Positions 9,279 through 19,762 of a DNA stretch of 32,000 nt are shown in pieces. Positions within the stretch are counted from its first letter, which is position 1. Each line of letters starts with the position of its first letter. The notes under the pieces are model-generated. The model was given only the letters and a program-made list of their open reading frames with translations, was not told the origin of the DNA and did not search any database. The translations under genes and the position numbers were made by a program. The stretch is from Cereibacter sphaeroides 2.4.1 (GTDB lineage Bacteria > Pseudomonadota > Alphaproteobacteria > Rhodobacterales > Rhodobacteraceae): assembly GCF_000012905.2 (NCBI RefSeq), contig NC_007493.2, forward strand, positions 2,880,001 through 2,912,000, given 5' to 3'.

Positions 9279-11537
9279 TCAGCGGCGCGTGCGCAACACC
9301 CGCCGCTTGACCTTGCCGGCCTTGGCCGCCTCCCGGCCCGGCTTGCGCGGCGCGGACCGGCCCCGGCGGCGCTTCGGCGCGGGCAGCCCGCGGTCCTCGA
9401 CCGTCAGCAGCTCCAGCATGAGGCCGCCGGTCAGCGGCACCGCCTCGGCCAGCCGCACCGTCACCCGCTGGCCGATGCCCAGCACGAGGCCGGTGTCCGA
9501 CCCCATCAGCGTCTGGCTTTCCGGATCGAAGTGGAAGAATTCCCGGCCCACCGAGCGGATCGGGATCAGCCCGTCGGCCCCGCTCTCGTCGAGCTTCACG
9601 AACAGTCCGAACCGCTGCACGCCCGAGATCCGGCCGGTGAACTCCGCCCCCACCCGGTCCGACAGCCAGGAGGCGAGATAGCGGTCGGTCGTGTCGCGCT
9701 CGGCCGCCATGCTGCGCCGCTCGGTATCGGAAATCTGCTTGGCCGTCTCCTCGAGCATCTCGATATCCTGCGCCGACAGCCCGTCGTCGCCCCAGCCATG
9801 CCCAAGGATCAGCGCCCGATGCACGATCAGGTCGGAGTAGCGCCGGATCGGCGAGGTGAAATGGGCGTAGCTGCGCAGGGCCAGCCCGAAATGGCCGAAG
9901 TTCTCGGGATGGTAATAGGCCTGGGTCATCGAGCGCAGCGTGGTGATGTTCATCAGCTCGTCGAACTCGGTGCCCTGGGCCTGCGCCAGCAGCCGGTTCA
10001 GATGCGCGGTCTTCAGCACCTGCCCCTTGGCCAGCGTGAAGCCCGAGGCCTCGGCCACCTCGCGCAGCGCCTCGAGCTTGTCCGCCGACGGCTCCTCATG
10101 GACACGGAAGAGCAGCGGCCGGCGCAGGCGCACGAGCTCTTCGGCGGCGGCCACATTGGCCAGCACCATGAATTCCTCGATCAGCCGGTGGGCATCGAAC
10201 CGGTCGCGGAAGGCCACCGACAGGACCCGCCCCTCGTCGGAAAGCTCGATCCTGCGCTCGGGCAGGTCGAGTTCGAGCGGCTGGCGCAGGGCGCGGGCCT
10301 GCTTGAGCGCCGCGTAGGCCTCGTAGAGCGGGCGGATGATCGTCTCGAGCAGCGGCGCCGTCGTCTCGTCCGGCTCGCCGTCCTGCGCCTTCTGCACCTG
10401 CGCGTAGTTCAGGCTCGCGCGCGAGCGCATCATCCCACGCGTAAAGCGGTGGGAAAGTTTTTCGCCCTGTGCCGAGAGCCGCATCCGCACCGCCATGCAG
10501 GGCCGGTCCACCTCCTGATGCAGCGAGCAGAGATCGCCCGACAGCGCGTCGGGCAGCATCGGCACCACGCGGTCCGGGAAATAGGTGGAGTTGCCCCGTC
10601 GCCGCGCCTCGCGGTCGAGCGCCGAGCCGGGCCGCACATAATGAGCCACATCGGCGATGGCCACCCAGAGGATGTGGCCGCCCGGGTTCTGCGGATCGGG
10701 ATCGGGCTCGGCCAGAACCGCATCGTCGCGGTCGCGCGCATCGACCGGATCGATGGTGACGAAGGGCAGATGCCGCAGATCCTCGCGTTCGGCCATGGGC
10801 GCAGGGCCCGCCGCCTCGGCTTCCGCCAGCACCGCATCGGGGAAGCTGTCGGGAATGCCATGCTGGTGGATCGCGATCAGCGACACGGCGCGCGGGCCTG
10901 CCGGATCGCCCAGCCGCGCGGTGATCCGCGCGAGCGGCAGCCCGAGGCGGCGCGGCCCGGCCTGCTCGGCCTCGACCAGTTCGCCGTCGCGCGCCCCGGC
11001 CGCCCCGTCGCGGGCCACGCGCCATTCCTTGTCCTCGCCCTTGTCGATGGGCAGGATCCGCCCGCCGTCGTCGCTGGCGCGGAAGATGCCGAGGATCTTC
11101 GGCTTCGATCCGCCGAGCCGCCGGATCAGGCGCGCCTCGTGGGTGTGACCCTCATCCTCGCCCTCGACCTCGGTCAGCCGTGCGAGGATGCGCTCCCCCT
11201 GCGCCAGCGCCGGATCGCCCTTCTTGGCCACGAAGAGGATGCGCGGCGGCTCGCCCTCGCCCGCCCATTCCAGCGGACGCGCGAACAGGTCGCCCTGCGC
11301 ATCGGACCCCACGATCTCGAGCACCGACACGGGCGGCAAGGCACCCTGCGGCGTGAAGGTCCGCTTGCGTTTCTCCAGCGCGCCCTCGGCCTCCATCTCG
11401 CGCAGGAGGCGCTTCAGTTCGATGCGCGCGGCACTCCCCTTGATGCCGAAGGCACGCACGATGTCGCGCTTCGCGGAAAGGGAGGGATTCTGGGCGATCC
11501 AGTCGAGGATCTGGGCTTTCGAAGGGAGCTGGTCCAT
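9279..11537 (-). CDS. rnr: Ribonuclease R (3'-5' exoribonuclease, RNB family)
   Basis: 752 aa. The RNB catalytic region reads FVTIDPVDARDRDDAV...STYFPDRVVPMLP. An S1 domain (FTGRISGVQRFGLFVKL) and a basic C-terminal tail (KRRRGRSAPRKPGREAAKAGKVKRR) are present. Confidence 0.95.
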   Translation of the reverse strand: MDQLPSKAQILDWIAQNPSLSAKRDIVRAFGIKGSAARIELKRLLREMEAEGALEKRKRTFTPQGALPPVSVLEIVGSDAQGDLFARPLEWAGEGEPPRILFVAKKGDPALAQGERILARLTEVEGEDEGHTHEARLIRRLGGSKPKILGIFRASDDGGRILPIDKGEDKEWRVARDGAAGARDGELVEAEQAGPRRLGLPLARITARLGDPAGPRAVSLIAIHQHGIPDSFPDAVLAEAEAAGPAPMAEREDLRHLPFVTIDPVDARDRDDAVLAEPDPDPQNPGGHILWVAIADVAHYVRPGSALDREARRRGNSTYFPDRVVPMLPDALSGDLCSLHQEVDRPCMAVRMRLSAQGEKLSHRFTRGMMRSRASLNYAQVQKAQDGEPDETTAPLLETIIRPLYEAYAALKQARALRQPLELDLPERRIELSDEGRVLSVAFRDRFDAHRLIEEFMVLANVAAAEELVRLRRPLLFRVHEEPSADKLEALREVAEASGFTLAKGQVLKTAHLNRLLAQAQGTEFDELMNITTLRSMTQAYYHPENFGHFGLALRSYAHFTSPIRRYSDLIVHRALILGHGWGDDGLSAQDIEMLEETAKQISDTERRSMAAERDTTDRYLASWLSDRVGAEFTGRISGVQRFGLFVKLDESGADGLIPIRSVGREFFHFDPESQTLMGSDTGLVLGIGQRVTVRLAEAVPLTGGLMLELLTVEDRGLPAPKRRRGRSAPRKPGREAAKAGKVKRRVLRTRR

Positions 11538-11582
11538 CGCTCTCGCCTAGCACGCGCCGCGGGAGCCGTCATCCGCAAAGCC

Positions 11583-11999
11583 TCAGAGGTCCAGCACCAT
11601 GTCGCGATGGGGGATGCCCGCATCGAGATATTCCTCGCCCACCTGCCGGAAGCCCAGCTTCTCGTAGAAGCCGGTGGCATGGCTCTGCGAGCCGAGCTTC
11701 AGCTGGCGCAGGCCCGGCTCGCCCCGAAGCTCGGCTACGGCGGCCCGGATGAGGGCGGCGCCGACGCCCGTGCCCCGGCAATGGGCCAGCACGCAGACCC
11801 GGCCGATCTTGCCGGTCTCGCCCCGGACGAGGAGCCGCGCCGTGCCCACCGGGCGGCCCGCATCGGTAGCCAGCAGATGGATCGCCTCGCCGTCGAGATC
11901 GTCGATCTCCTCGGCCTCGGAAACACCCTGCTCCTCGATGAAGACGGTGCGCCGCAGCGCCCGGCAGGCCTCGATATCGTCGGTCCGCTCGATCTTCAT
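11583..11999 (-). CDS. GNAT family N-acetyltransferase
   Basis: 138 aa. The acetyl-CoA binding motif A region reads [24 protein letters not shown], followed by FYEKLGF. The ATG overlaps the dapE stop (ATGA at 11996-11999). Confidence 0.85.
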   Translation of the reverse strand: MKIERTDDIEACRALRRTVFIEEQGVSEAEEIDDLDGEAIHLLATDAGRPVGTARLLVRGETGKIGRVCVLAHCRGTGVGAALIRAAVAELRGEPGLRQLKLGSQSHATGFYEKLGFRQVGEEYLDAGIPHRDMVLDL

Positions 12000-13138
12000 G
12001 CGAAATAGTCTTTCAGAATGCGGAGGTAGATGGCCTTCAGCGGTTCGATCTGCGCGACTTCGACACGCTCGTCCACCTGATGCATGGTCTTGCCGACAAG
12101 GCCGAATTCCACCACCGGGCAGTGGGCGCGCACGAAGCGCGCGTCCGAGGTGCCGCCCGAGGTCGAGGGCTCGGGCCGCAGGCCGGTCTCGGCCTCGACC
12201 GCGCGGGCCACCAGTTCGGAAAGCTCGCCCGGCGGCGTGAGGAAGCTCTCGCCCGAGATCTTGGCGCTGAGCGCAATCTCGACGCCGGTGTCAGCCGCGA
12301 CGCGGGCGGCCTCCTCCTCCAGCCAGCGGGTCAGGCTCGCACCGCTGTGGGCATCGTTGAAACGGATGTTCACCGTCGCGCGGCAGAGAGCCGGGATCAC
12401 GTTGGTGGCCGGGTTGCCGGTGTCGAAGGTGGTCACGGCCAGCGTCGAGGCATCGAAATGCTCGGTGCCATAGTCGAGATCGTGCGAGGACAGCCGATCG
12501 ATCAGCCGCGCCAGCGCGGCGACCGGGTTCTTCGCCCGATGCGGATAGGCCGAATGGCCCTGCACGCCGCGGGCGGTGAAAAAGGCCGTCATCGAACCGC
12601 GGCGGCCGATCTTCATCATCTCGCCCAGCCGCTCGGGGCAGGTGGGCTCTCCGACGAGGCAGACCGACATGGCCTCGCCCTCCGCCGCCATCCAGTCGAG
12701 AAGCGCGACCGTGCCGTCGGTCGAGTCGCCCTCCTCGTCACCGGTGATGGTCAGGACCACCGCCCCGTCGGGCGGGGTCTCCTGCACGAAATCGACCGCC
12801 GCTGCCACGAAGGCCGCGACGCCCGACTTCATGTCGGTGGCCCCGCGCCCCCAGAGCCAGCCGTCGGCGATCTCGCCGCCGAACGGATCGCGGGTCCAGG
12901 CGGCGGCATCGCCCACCGGCACCACATCGGTATGGCCGTTGAAGCCGAAGGTCCGGTTCGCGCCCTTCCGGCCCCAGCGGGCGAAGAGGTTCGGCACCCC
13001 GTTGCGGTCCACGCGGGTGCAGTCGAAGCCCGCCCCGCTCAGGATCCGCTCGATCAGGTCGAGCGCGCCGCCCTCCTCGGGCGTGACCGAGGGGCAGCGG
13101 ACGAGATCGGCGGTCAGCGCGACGGGATCGATGGGCAT
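11996..13138 (-). CDS. dapE: Succinyl-diaminopimelate desuccinylase
   Basis: 380 aa M20 peptidase. Recognisable segments are [44 protein letters not shown], and the C-terminal SGGTSDARF. Confidence 0.95.
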   Translation of the reverse strand: MPIDPVALTADLVRCPSVTPEEGGALDLIERILSGAGFDCTRVDRNGVPNLFARWGRKGANRTFGFNGHTDVVPVGDAAAWTRDPFGGEIADGWLWGRGATDMKSGVAAFVAAAVDFVQETPPDGAVVLTITGDEEGDSTDGTVALLDWMAAEGEAMSVCLVGEPTCPERLGEMMKIGRRGSMTAFFTARGVQGHSAYPHRAKNPVAALARLIDRLSSHDLDYGTEHFDASTLAVTTFDTGNPATNVIPALCRATVNIRFNDAHSGASLTRWLEEEAARVAADTGVEIALSAKISGESFLTPPGELSELVARAVEAETGLRPEPSTSGGTSDARFVRAHCPVVEFGLVGKTMHQVDERVEVAQIEPLKAIYLRILKDYFA

Positions 13139-13190
13139 GGAAGTCTCCGGAGAAGAATGGTGCGGGACGCGAGCGCCCCGAAAGACAGGC

Positions 13191-13523
13191 TCAGTCGTAG
13201 AACGGCGTCACCTGCGCCACGACGACCGAGTTCTCGGCCAGCGCCCGCTGCATCAGCGCGCGCTCTTCGGCGTCGATCTCGTCGCCGTTGGCCAAACGCT
13301 CCTCGAGCGTGCCGTAGCCCGAGACATCGAGCGGCGCCATGTCGGCGGTCTTGAGCAGGGCCACCGTCTCGCGCACGGCTTCGGCCTCGTCCACGCCGCT
13401 TGCGTAGCACATCAGCGCCGCGCCGGTCGCGCCCTTGGGCAGCCCGTCACCGGCGCAGCGCCCGACCTCGATCACCAGCGTGAAGACCTGCTGCGGCCGC
13501 TTCGGTTTCTTCTCTTCCGTCAT
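13191..13523 (-). CDS. Hypothetical small acidic protein (110 aa)
   Basis: The ATG at 13523 is preceded by a very strong SD (AAGGAGGG, 7-nt spacer). Codon usage is GC3-rich. I do not recognise a family. The longer 129-aa ORF start at 13580 lacks an SD. Confidence 0.65.
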   Translation of the reverse strand: MTEEKKPKRPQQVFTLVIEVGRCAGDGLPKGATGAALMCYASGVDEAEAVRETVALLKTADMAPLDVSGYGTLEERLANGDEIDAEERALMQRALAENSVVVAQVTPFYD

Positions 13524-14265
13524 GCGGCATCCCTCCTTGGGTGTCCGCGACCGGTTCGCAGGAATCGCCGCCCCGTGCAAGGGAGACGCGCGTGCGTCGC
13601 AGCTCTCCGCAGTCGGGACAGGGCTCCGGTTCGTCCTTCAGGGGCCGGGGCGCGAAGAGCCGGCCGCAATGGAGGCAGCAGGGATGCTCGCCCGGCGCGA
13701 CCGGCACCGGCGGCGCCACCTCGAAGGGGGGCACGATGGCGAGGCCCGGCCGCGGCGGCTCGGCCCGGAAGATCGAGAGCTGCCCGTCCGCTTCCAGAAA
13801 GGCGTGGCGCACTTCGCCCAGATTCTCGATCCCGTTCATCCGCAACAGCGCATGCAGCTCGGGCATGCCGATCCTGCGGGCGGCGACGCCTTCGGTCAGC
13901 ACCCGCCCGTCGCGCATCACCGCCACCGCCTTGCCGTCCACGGCCAGCTTCACCGGACGGAAGCGCCGGATGAGCGCGTCGAGCAGCTTGTCGATCCCCA
14001 CGACCGCCGCCACCACCAGCATGGCATGAAGGAGCGGCACCTCGGGGTAGAAGAGCGCGTCGCCCACGGCCGAGCCCAGCGCGATGACCAGCAGGAACTC
14101 GATGATCGAGAGCTGCGCGATGCTGCGCCCGCCCACCCAGCGCAGCAGAAGCAGCGTCCAGCCGTAGATGATGAGCGTGCGGACGAGGATCTCGGCGAGA
14201 AAGAGCGGCGGATCGTCCCCGAGCAGCATCCGGCCGAGATCGAAGGCAACGACGGGCTCGTCCAT
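13447..14265 (-). CDS. YetF/DUF421-family membrane protein with C-terminal CxxC...CxxC zinc-ribbon extension
   Basis: From MDEPVV it has TM helices (LAEILVRTLIIYGWTLLLLRW, IIEFLLVIALGSAVGDALF). The DUF421-like core reads LAVDGKAVAVMRDGRVLTEGVAARRIGMPELHALLRMNGIENLGEVRHAFLEADGQLSIF. This is followed by CCLHCG-x17-CPDCG. The first in-frame stop is at 13447, overlapping the next ORF by 77 nt. Confidence 0.75.
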   Translation of the reverse strand: MDEPVVAFDLGRMLLGDDPPLFLAEILVRTLIIYGWTLLLLRWVGGRSIAQLSIIEFLLVIALGSAVGDALFYPEVPLLHAMLVVAAVVGIDKLLDALIRRFRPVKLAVDGKAVAVMRDGRVLTEGVAARRIGMPELHALLRMNGIENLGEVRHAFLEADGQLSIFRAEPPRPGLAIVPPFEVAPPVPVAPGEHPCCLHCGRLFAPRPLKDEPEPCPDCGELRRTRVSLARGGDSCEPVADTQGGMPHDGREETEAAAAGLHAGDRGRALRR

Positions 14266-14393
14266 GATACAGGCACTCCGCAACGGCCGGCACTCCGGCG
14301 CTGCCCAACGCGAGGCCCGGGGCCGGGTTCCTCGGCCGGGTCCTGCCCGAAGACGGCCGGGTGGGGCCCGGCCGGCGCGGCCCGCAGGGGGGA

Positions 14394-15218
14394 TCAGTCC
14401 CGCAGCAGCTCGTTGATCGAGGTCTTCGAGCGCGTCTGCGCATCCACGCGCTTCACGATCACGGCGCAATAGAGGTTCACGCCGCCCTTCGAGGGCATCG
14501 ACCCCGCCACGACGACCGAGCCTGCGGGCACTTCGCCATACATGACCTCGCCCGTCTCGCGATCCACGATCTTCGTCGACTTGCCGATGAAGACGCCCAT
14601 GCCCAGCACCGAGCCCTCGCGGACAATGCAGCCCTCGACCACTTCCGAACGCGCGCCGATGAAGCAGTTGTCCTCGATGATGGTGGGGCCGGCCTGCATC
14701 GGCTCCAGCACGCCGCCGATGCCGACGCCGCCCGACAGGTGCACGTTCTTGCCGATCTGCGCGCAGGAGCCGACGGTGGCCCAGGTGTCGACCATGGTGC
14801 CCTCATCGACATAGGCGCCGAGGTTCACGAACGAGGGCATCAGAACCACGCCCCTGGCGATATAGGCCGAGCGACGGACGACGCAGTTCGGCACCGCGCG
14901 GAAGCCCGCGGCCTTCCATTGCGCCTCGCCCCACTGGGCGAACTTGCTGTCGACCTTGTCCCACCAGGTCCCTGCCTGCGGGCCGCCCGTCTGCACTTCC
15001 ATGTCCTTCAGCCGGAAGCCGAGCAGCACGGCCTTCTTCGCCCACTGGTTGACATGCCAGTCCGCGCCGCGCTTCTCGGCCACCCGCAGGCTGCCCTTGT
15101 CGAGCGCCTCGAGCGTCGCCTCGATGGCCTCGCGGGTCTCGCCCTTGGTGGCCGGGGTGATCGTCTCGCGCGCCTCCCAGGCGGCTTCGATGGCGGCTTC
15201 GAGCGCGGAATACGACAT
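14394..15218 (-). CDS. dapD: 2,3,4,5-tetrahydropyridine-2,6-dicarboxylate N-succinyltransferase
   Basis: The N-terminus [20 protein letters not shown] is typical of alphaproteobacterial DapD. The hexapeptide core reads [41 protein letters not shown] prefer the start at 15218 to the GTG at 15227. Confidence 0.95.
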   Translation of the reverse strand: MSYSALEAAIEAAWEARETITPATKGETREAIEATLEALDKGSLRVAEKRGADWHVNQWAKKAVLLGFRLKDMEVQTGGPQAGTWWDKVDSKFAQWGEAQWKAAGFRAVPNCVVRRSAYIARGVVLMPSFVNLGAYVDEGTMVDTWATVGSCAQIGKNVHLSGGVGIGGVLEPMQAGPTIIEDNCFIGARSEVVEGCIVREGSVLGMGVFIGKSTKIVDRETGEVMYGEVPAGSVVVAGSMPSKGGVNLYCAVIVKRVDAQTRSKTSINELLRD

Positions 15219-15302
15219 GCGGATCACCCTTTTCCCGTGGTTCTTTACCCTCGAAGCCTATAAAGGCTGGGCCCATTCGCCGCAATGCGCCGAAGGATCA
15301 TC

Positions 15303-16109
15303 ATGAAAGACGACCGCCGCCACCCGTTCCGCGACAGTTCGCAGGACATGGAATCCGCCCACCGTGTGCCGGACACGCCGCAGAGCCGTGCGCCGGCCTA
15401 CCGGCTGGCCTTCGCGGATCCGGAATTTCTCATGCGGGACGAGTTGCGTCCCGTCCGGCTCCAGCTCGAGCTGATGAAGCCGCAGATCGTCATGGACGAG
15501 CGCGGGATCGTCTCGACCGTGGTGATGTTCGGCGGCGCCCGCATCCCCTCGCCCGAGCGCAAGGACACGGCGCCCGAGGGGCTGGCCGCGCTGGCGCCCT
15601 ATTACGACGAGGCGCGGAAGTTCGCCCGCATCGTGACCGAGCGCAGCATGGAAACCTACGGCCGCGAGCTGGTGATCGTCACCGGCGGCGGGCCGGGCGT
15701 GATGGAGGCCGGCAATCTCGGCGCGTACGAGGCGGGCGGGCAATCCATCGGGCTGAACATCGTGCTGCCGCACGAGCAGGCCCCGAACGCCTATGTGACG
15801 CCGGACCTCTCGTTCAACTTCCACTATTTCGCCGTGCGGAAGATGCATTTCCTGATGCGCGCCCGTGCCGTGGTGGTCTTCCCGGGCGGGTTCGGCACGC
15901 TGGACGAGATGTTCGAAAGTCTCACCCTGATCCAGACCAAGCGGATGAAGCCCATTCCCTTCCTCCTCTTCGGCCGCGAGTTCTGGGAGAAGATCATCAA
16001 CTGGCAGGCGCTGGCCGAGGTGGGCACGATCGCGCCCGAGGATCTGCGCCTCTTCCGCTTCGTCGAGACGGCCGACGAGGCGCTCGATGCGCTCGACGAG
16101 TGGGAGTGA
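15303..16109 (+). CDS. LOG family / TIGR00730 Rossmann-fold nucleotide-binding protein (putative nucleotide 5'-monophosphate nucleosidase)
   Basis: The signature motifs are TGGGPGVMEAGNLGA and PGGFGTLDE. A GAAGGA SD lies 6 nt upstream of the ATG at 15303. The gene is divergent from dapD. Confidence 0.85.
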   Translation: MKDDRRHPFRDSSQDMESAHRVPDTPQSRAPAYRLAFADPEFLMRDELRPVRLQLELMKPQIVMDERGIVSTVVMFGGARIPSPERKDTAPEGLAALAPYYDEARKFARIVTERSMETYGRELVIVTGGGPGVMEAGNLGAYEAGGQSIGLNIVLPHEQAPNAYVTPDLSFNFHYFAVRKMHFLMRARAVVVFPGGFGTLDEMFESLTLIQTKRMKPIPFLLFGREFWEKIINWQALAEVGTIAPEDLRLFRFVETADEALDALDEWE

Positions 16110-16112
16110 GGG

Positions 16113-16454
16113 TCAGTCAACCGGCCGGATGAGCTTGCGCTCGAGCACGCGCAGCACCTGCGCCAGATCCTGCCCGCGGCGGAGGATCTGGCCGTCCATC
16201 GCCACCACCGCATACATGCCCTGCCGGGCGCGCAGCTTCGGGCGCTTCTCGATCCGGTAAAGCGGGCTCTCGGCCGTCCGGCGGAAGATCGAGAAGACCG
16301 CCACGTCGCGCAGGTGCGAGATGCCATAGTCGCGCCATTCGCCCAGCGCCACCATGCGTCCGTAGAGGGTCAGGATCTGCCCCAGTTCGTGCCGGTCGAA
16401 ACTCACCTGCTCGGGTGACTGCGGCGCGAAAGGGATCGGCGGCTGCACGGTCAT
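16113..16454 (-). CDS. DUF2794-family protein (conserved alphaproteobacterial, unknown function)
   Basis: 113 aa from MTVQPP. The segment FDRHELGQILTLYGRMVALGEWRDYGI...FSIFRRTAESPLYRIEKRPKLRARQGMYAVV matches my memory of the DUF2794 family. The upstream extension of the ORF to 16595 is Arg/Gly noise. Confidence 0.7.
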   Translation of the reverse strand: MTVQPPIPFAPQSPEQVSFDRHELGQILTLYGRMVALGEWRDYGISHLRDVAVFSIFRRTAESPLYRIEKRPKLRARQGMYAVVAMDGQILRRGQDLAQVLRVLERKLIRPVD

Positions 16455-16733
16455 GTCACGAGGCTGACGCAATCGGCCGGGCAAGGCAAGCCCGCTCGGA
16501 CGCGGCTCTGCGGCGAGAGACCGGGGCACACAAACCTCTCGAACTTGTCCGGCGCGCCCGAAAATGGCCATTGATCGACCTCTGCCGCGACGCAATCCGC
16601 CGTCATCTTCGATCCCGTAGCAGATGCCGAAAACCCCGGCGGCGGCAGAAACTGTCCCCTGCCTGCCGTCGGACCGGCATTCGAGCTCGCGGAAGCTCCG
16701 GCGTGCCGGGGCTTCCGATCGCCCTCCTCCGGA

Positions 16734-18647
16734 TCAGGCGCGGCGGGCGAGGACCTCCACCCCCAGCGTCTCCAGCGCCTTCCGCTCTATGTCGGCCGCA
16801 TTCAGCCCGGCGGTGGCATACATCACTTCGGCGCTGTTGTGGTCGATGAACGTGTCGGGCAGCACCATCGAGCGATACCGGAAGCCGCGGTCGAAGACCC
16901 CGGCCTCGGCCAGAAGCTGCGCCACATGGCTGCCGAAGCCGCCGATGGCGCCCTCCTCGATGGTAATGAGCGCCTCGTGATGGGCCGCGAGCTGCAGGAT
17001 CAGATCCCGGTCGAGCGGCTTTGCAAAGCGCGCATCCGCAACCGTGGGAGAGATCCCGCGCGCAGCCAGCGCCTCGGCGGCCACCTGCACCTCGGCCAGA
17101 CGGGTGCCGAAGGACAGGAGCGCGATTCGCGTGCCCTCGCTCACCACCCGGCCACGGCCGATCTGGAGCGGCACGCCCTTCACCGGCATCTCGACCCCCA
17201 CGCCGTCGCCGCGCGGATAGCGGAAGGCGATGGGCCCTTCGTCATGGGCGGCGGCGGTGGCTACCATATGGACGAGCTCGGCCTCGTCGGCGGCGGCCAT
17301 CACCACGATGCCGGGCAGGTTCGACAGGAAGGCCACATCGAACGAGCCCGCATGGGTGGCGCCGTCCGCCCCCACGAGGCCGGCGCGGTCGATGGCAAAG
17401 CGCACCGGCAGGCGCTGGATCGCCACGTCATGCACGATCTGGTCGTAGCCGCGCTGGAGGAAGGTGGAATAGATGGCGCAGAAGGGCCGCATGCCGCCTG
17501 CCGCAAGCGCCGCCGAGAAGGTCACCGCATGCTGTTCCGCGATGCCCACATCGAAGGTGCGCTTCGGAAACCGCTCGCCGAAGAGGTTGAGCCCCGTCCC
17601 GTCCGGCATGGCGGCCGTCACCGCGCAGATCCGCTCGTCGACCTCGGCCTCCTTGATGAGGCTCTGGGCGAAGACCTTGGTATAGGAGGGGGCGTTCGAG
17701 ACCGGCTTCACCTGCGCGCCGGTCAGGACGTTGAACTTGTTCGTGGCATGGCCACGGTCGCGCGCGGCCTCGGCCGGAGCATAGCCCCTGCCCTTCTTGG
17801 TGATGACATGGATCAGCACCGGCGCATGCGCCCGCTGCTTGACGGTCCGCAGCACCGGCAGAAGCTGGTCGAGATCGTGCCCGTCGATCGGGCCGACATA
17901 GGAGAAACCCAGCTCCTCGAAGAGCGTGCCGCCGACGGTGACGCTCTTCAGCATCTCCTTGGCGCGGCGCGCGCCCTCCTGGAACGGTTCGGGCAGAAGC
18001 CCGAGCGCTCCCTTGGCGGCCGCCTTGAAGTCCTGGAACGGCGCGCCCGCATAGAGCCGCGAGAGATAGGACGACAGCGCCCCCACCGGCGGCGCGATGC
18101 TCATCTCGTTGTCGTTCAGGATCACGATCACCCGGTTCTTCAGGTGCCCGCCGTGGTTCAGCGCCTCGAAGGCCATGCCGGCCGACATCGAGCCGTCGCC
18201 GATCACCGCCACCGCGTCGCCCGTGTCGCCGCCCATCTCGCGTGCCGCGGCAAAGCCCACCGCGGCCGAGATCGAGGTCGAGGAATGGCCCGCGCCGAAA
18301 CAGTCATAGGGGCTCTCGGAGCGCTTGGTGAAGCCCGAGAGACCCCCGCCCTGCCGCAGGGTGCGGATGCGGTCGCGCCGCCCGGTCAGGATCTTGTGGG
18401 GGTAGCACTGGTGGCCCACGTCCCAGATGATCTTGTCGCGGGGCGCATCGAAGATCGCATGCAGCGCAACCGTCAACTCCACCACGCCGAGGCCTGCGCC
18501 CAGATGCCCGCCCGTCACCGACACGGCCGAGATCGTTTCGGCCCGCAGCTCGTCGGCCAGCGAGCGCAACTCACGGTCCGTGAGGCCCTTTATGTCCACC
18601 GGGAGCGTCACCCGGTCGAGCGTCGGCGTGCAGGGTCTGTCGGTCAT
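16734..18647 (-). CDS. dxs: 1-deoxy-D-xylulose-5-phosphate synthase
   Basis: 637 aa. The TPP motifs are [32 protein letters not shown], and [16 protein letters not shown]...ILNDNEMSI. The transketolase-like middle and C-terminal domains are present. Confidence 0.97.
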
Positions 18648-18656
18648 GCTCTTCCT

Positions 18657-19526
18657 TCAGCTTTCACGCGAGATGACGAAGCGCGCCGCCTCGATCAATG
18701 TTCCTGCCTCTGGCCCATAGGGCGCAAGCGCCGCCTCGGCATCCTCCACCAGAGCCCGCGCCCGCGCCTTGGCGCCGTCGAGCCCGAGAAGCGAGACGAA
18801 GGTGGCCTTCCCGGCTTCGGCATCTTTCTGGAGCCGCTTGCCCGCCTTCTCCGCATCGCCCTCGACATCGAGAATGTCGTCCGCGATCTGGAACGCAAGC
18901 CCGAGGGCCGTGGCGTATCGGCGCAGCGGCACCCGGTCCGCCTGCCCGAGGATCGCCCCCGCTTCGGCGGACCAGCGGATCAGCGCGCCAGTCTTGCCGG
19001 CCTGAAGGTGGGTGATCTGATCGAGCGTGAGGGGCACGGCAGCCGTCTCGGCCGCGATGTCGAGTGCCTGGCCCAGCACCATGCCCTCGGCGCCCGAGGC
19101 TTTCGCAAGGCTCGCCACCAGTTCGATCCGCACCGCGGCGGGTCCGAGCGCCGGATCGGCCAAGAGCTCGAAGGCGAGAGTCTGCAGCGCGTCGCCCGCC
19201 AGCACGGCGGTGCATTCGTCCCACTTGCGATGCACGGTCGGCAGGCCGCGGCGCAGGTCGTCATCGTCCATGCAGGGCATGTCGTCATGCACGAGGCTGT
19301 AGGCATGCAGCGCCTCGATAGAGGCCGCAGCACTCACCGCCGCCTCGGGCGCGATCCCGTGCAGCCGGGCGGATTCGAGCACGAGGAAACCCCGCAGCCG
19401 CTTGCCGCCCTGCACCGCATAGCGCATGGCATGGACGACCGGCAGATCCTCGCGATCCGCCAGCGCCGCATCGAGCCGCCCCTGAACGCGCGCGGCCGCA
19501 TCCGTCAAAGCCTTGGAAAAACTCAC
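18657..19526 (-). CDS. ispA: Polyprenyl (farnesyl/geranylgeranyl) diphosphate synthase
   Basis: The first DDxxD motif is in [22 protein letters not shown] and the second in [10 protein letters not shown]. The GTG at 19526 overlaps the xseB stop (GTGA). The stop at 18657 is embedded in the SD of dxs. Confidence 0.9.
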   Translation of the reverse strand: MSFSKALTDAAARVQGRLDAALADREDLPVVHAMRYAVQGGKRLRGFLVLESARLHGIAPEAAVSAAASIEALHAYSLVHDDMPCMDDDDLRRGLPTVHRKWDECTAVLAGDALQTLAFELLADPALGPAAVRIELVASLAKASGAEGMVLGQALDIAAETAAVPLTLDQITHLQAGKTGALIRWSAEAGAILGQADRVPLRRYATALGLAFQIADDILDVEGDAEKAGKRLQKDAEAGKATFVSLLGLDGAKARARALVEDAEAALAPYGPEAGTLIEAARFVISRES

Positions 19527-19762
19527 AATCCCTCCGCCGGAACCGCCGCCGTCGCGCGCCCCTCGGCGGCACGGATCAGCTCCACCTTGTCCTCGGCGTC
19601 CTTCAGCTTCTGCGCGCAATGCGCCTTGAGCGCCGAGCCGCGCTCATAGAGGCGGATGGAGTCTTCCAGCGGCACGTCGCCTTTCTCCAAAGCCGTGACG
19701 ACCGCCTCCAGCGCCGCCATCGCCTCTTCGAACGTCATCTCTGCCACTGCTTTTTCCGTCAT
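19523..19762 (-). CDS. xseB: Exodeoxyribonuclease VII small subunit
   Basis: 79 aa. FEEAMAALEAVVTALEKGDVPLEDSIRLYERGSALKAHCAQKLKDAE is the canonical XseB helical hairpin. The gene sits in the conserved xseB-ispA-dxs order. Confidence 0.9.
   Translation of the reverse strand: MTEKAVAEMTFEEAMAALEAVVTALEKGDVPLEDSIRLYERGSALKAHCAQKLKDAEDKVELIRAAEGRATAAVPAEGL

Noticed and set aside
16455-16733. The 280-nt gap between dxs and the DUF2794 gene as a small RNA locus.
   Set aside because: I could see only imperfect hairpins (for example GGAAGCCCCGG-cacg-CCGGAGCTTCC on the minus strand) and a weak GGGGTTTTC tract. These are sufficient for a dxs terminator plus the next promoter, and there is no distinctive conserved structure I can support.
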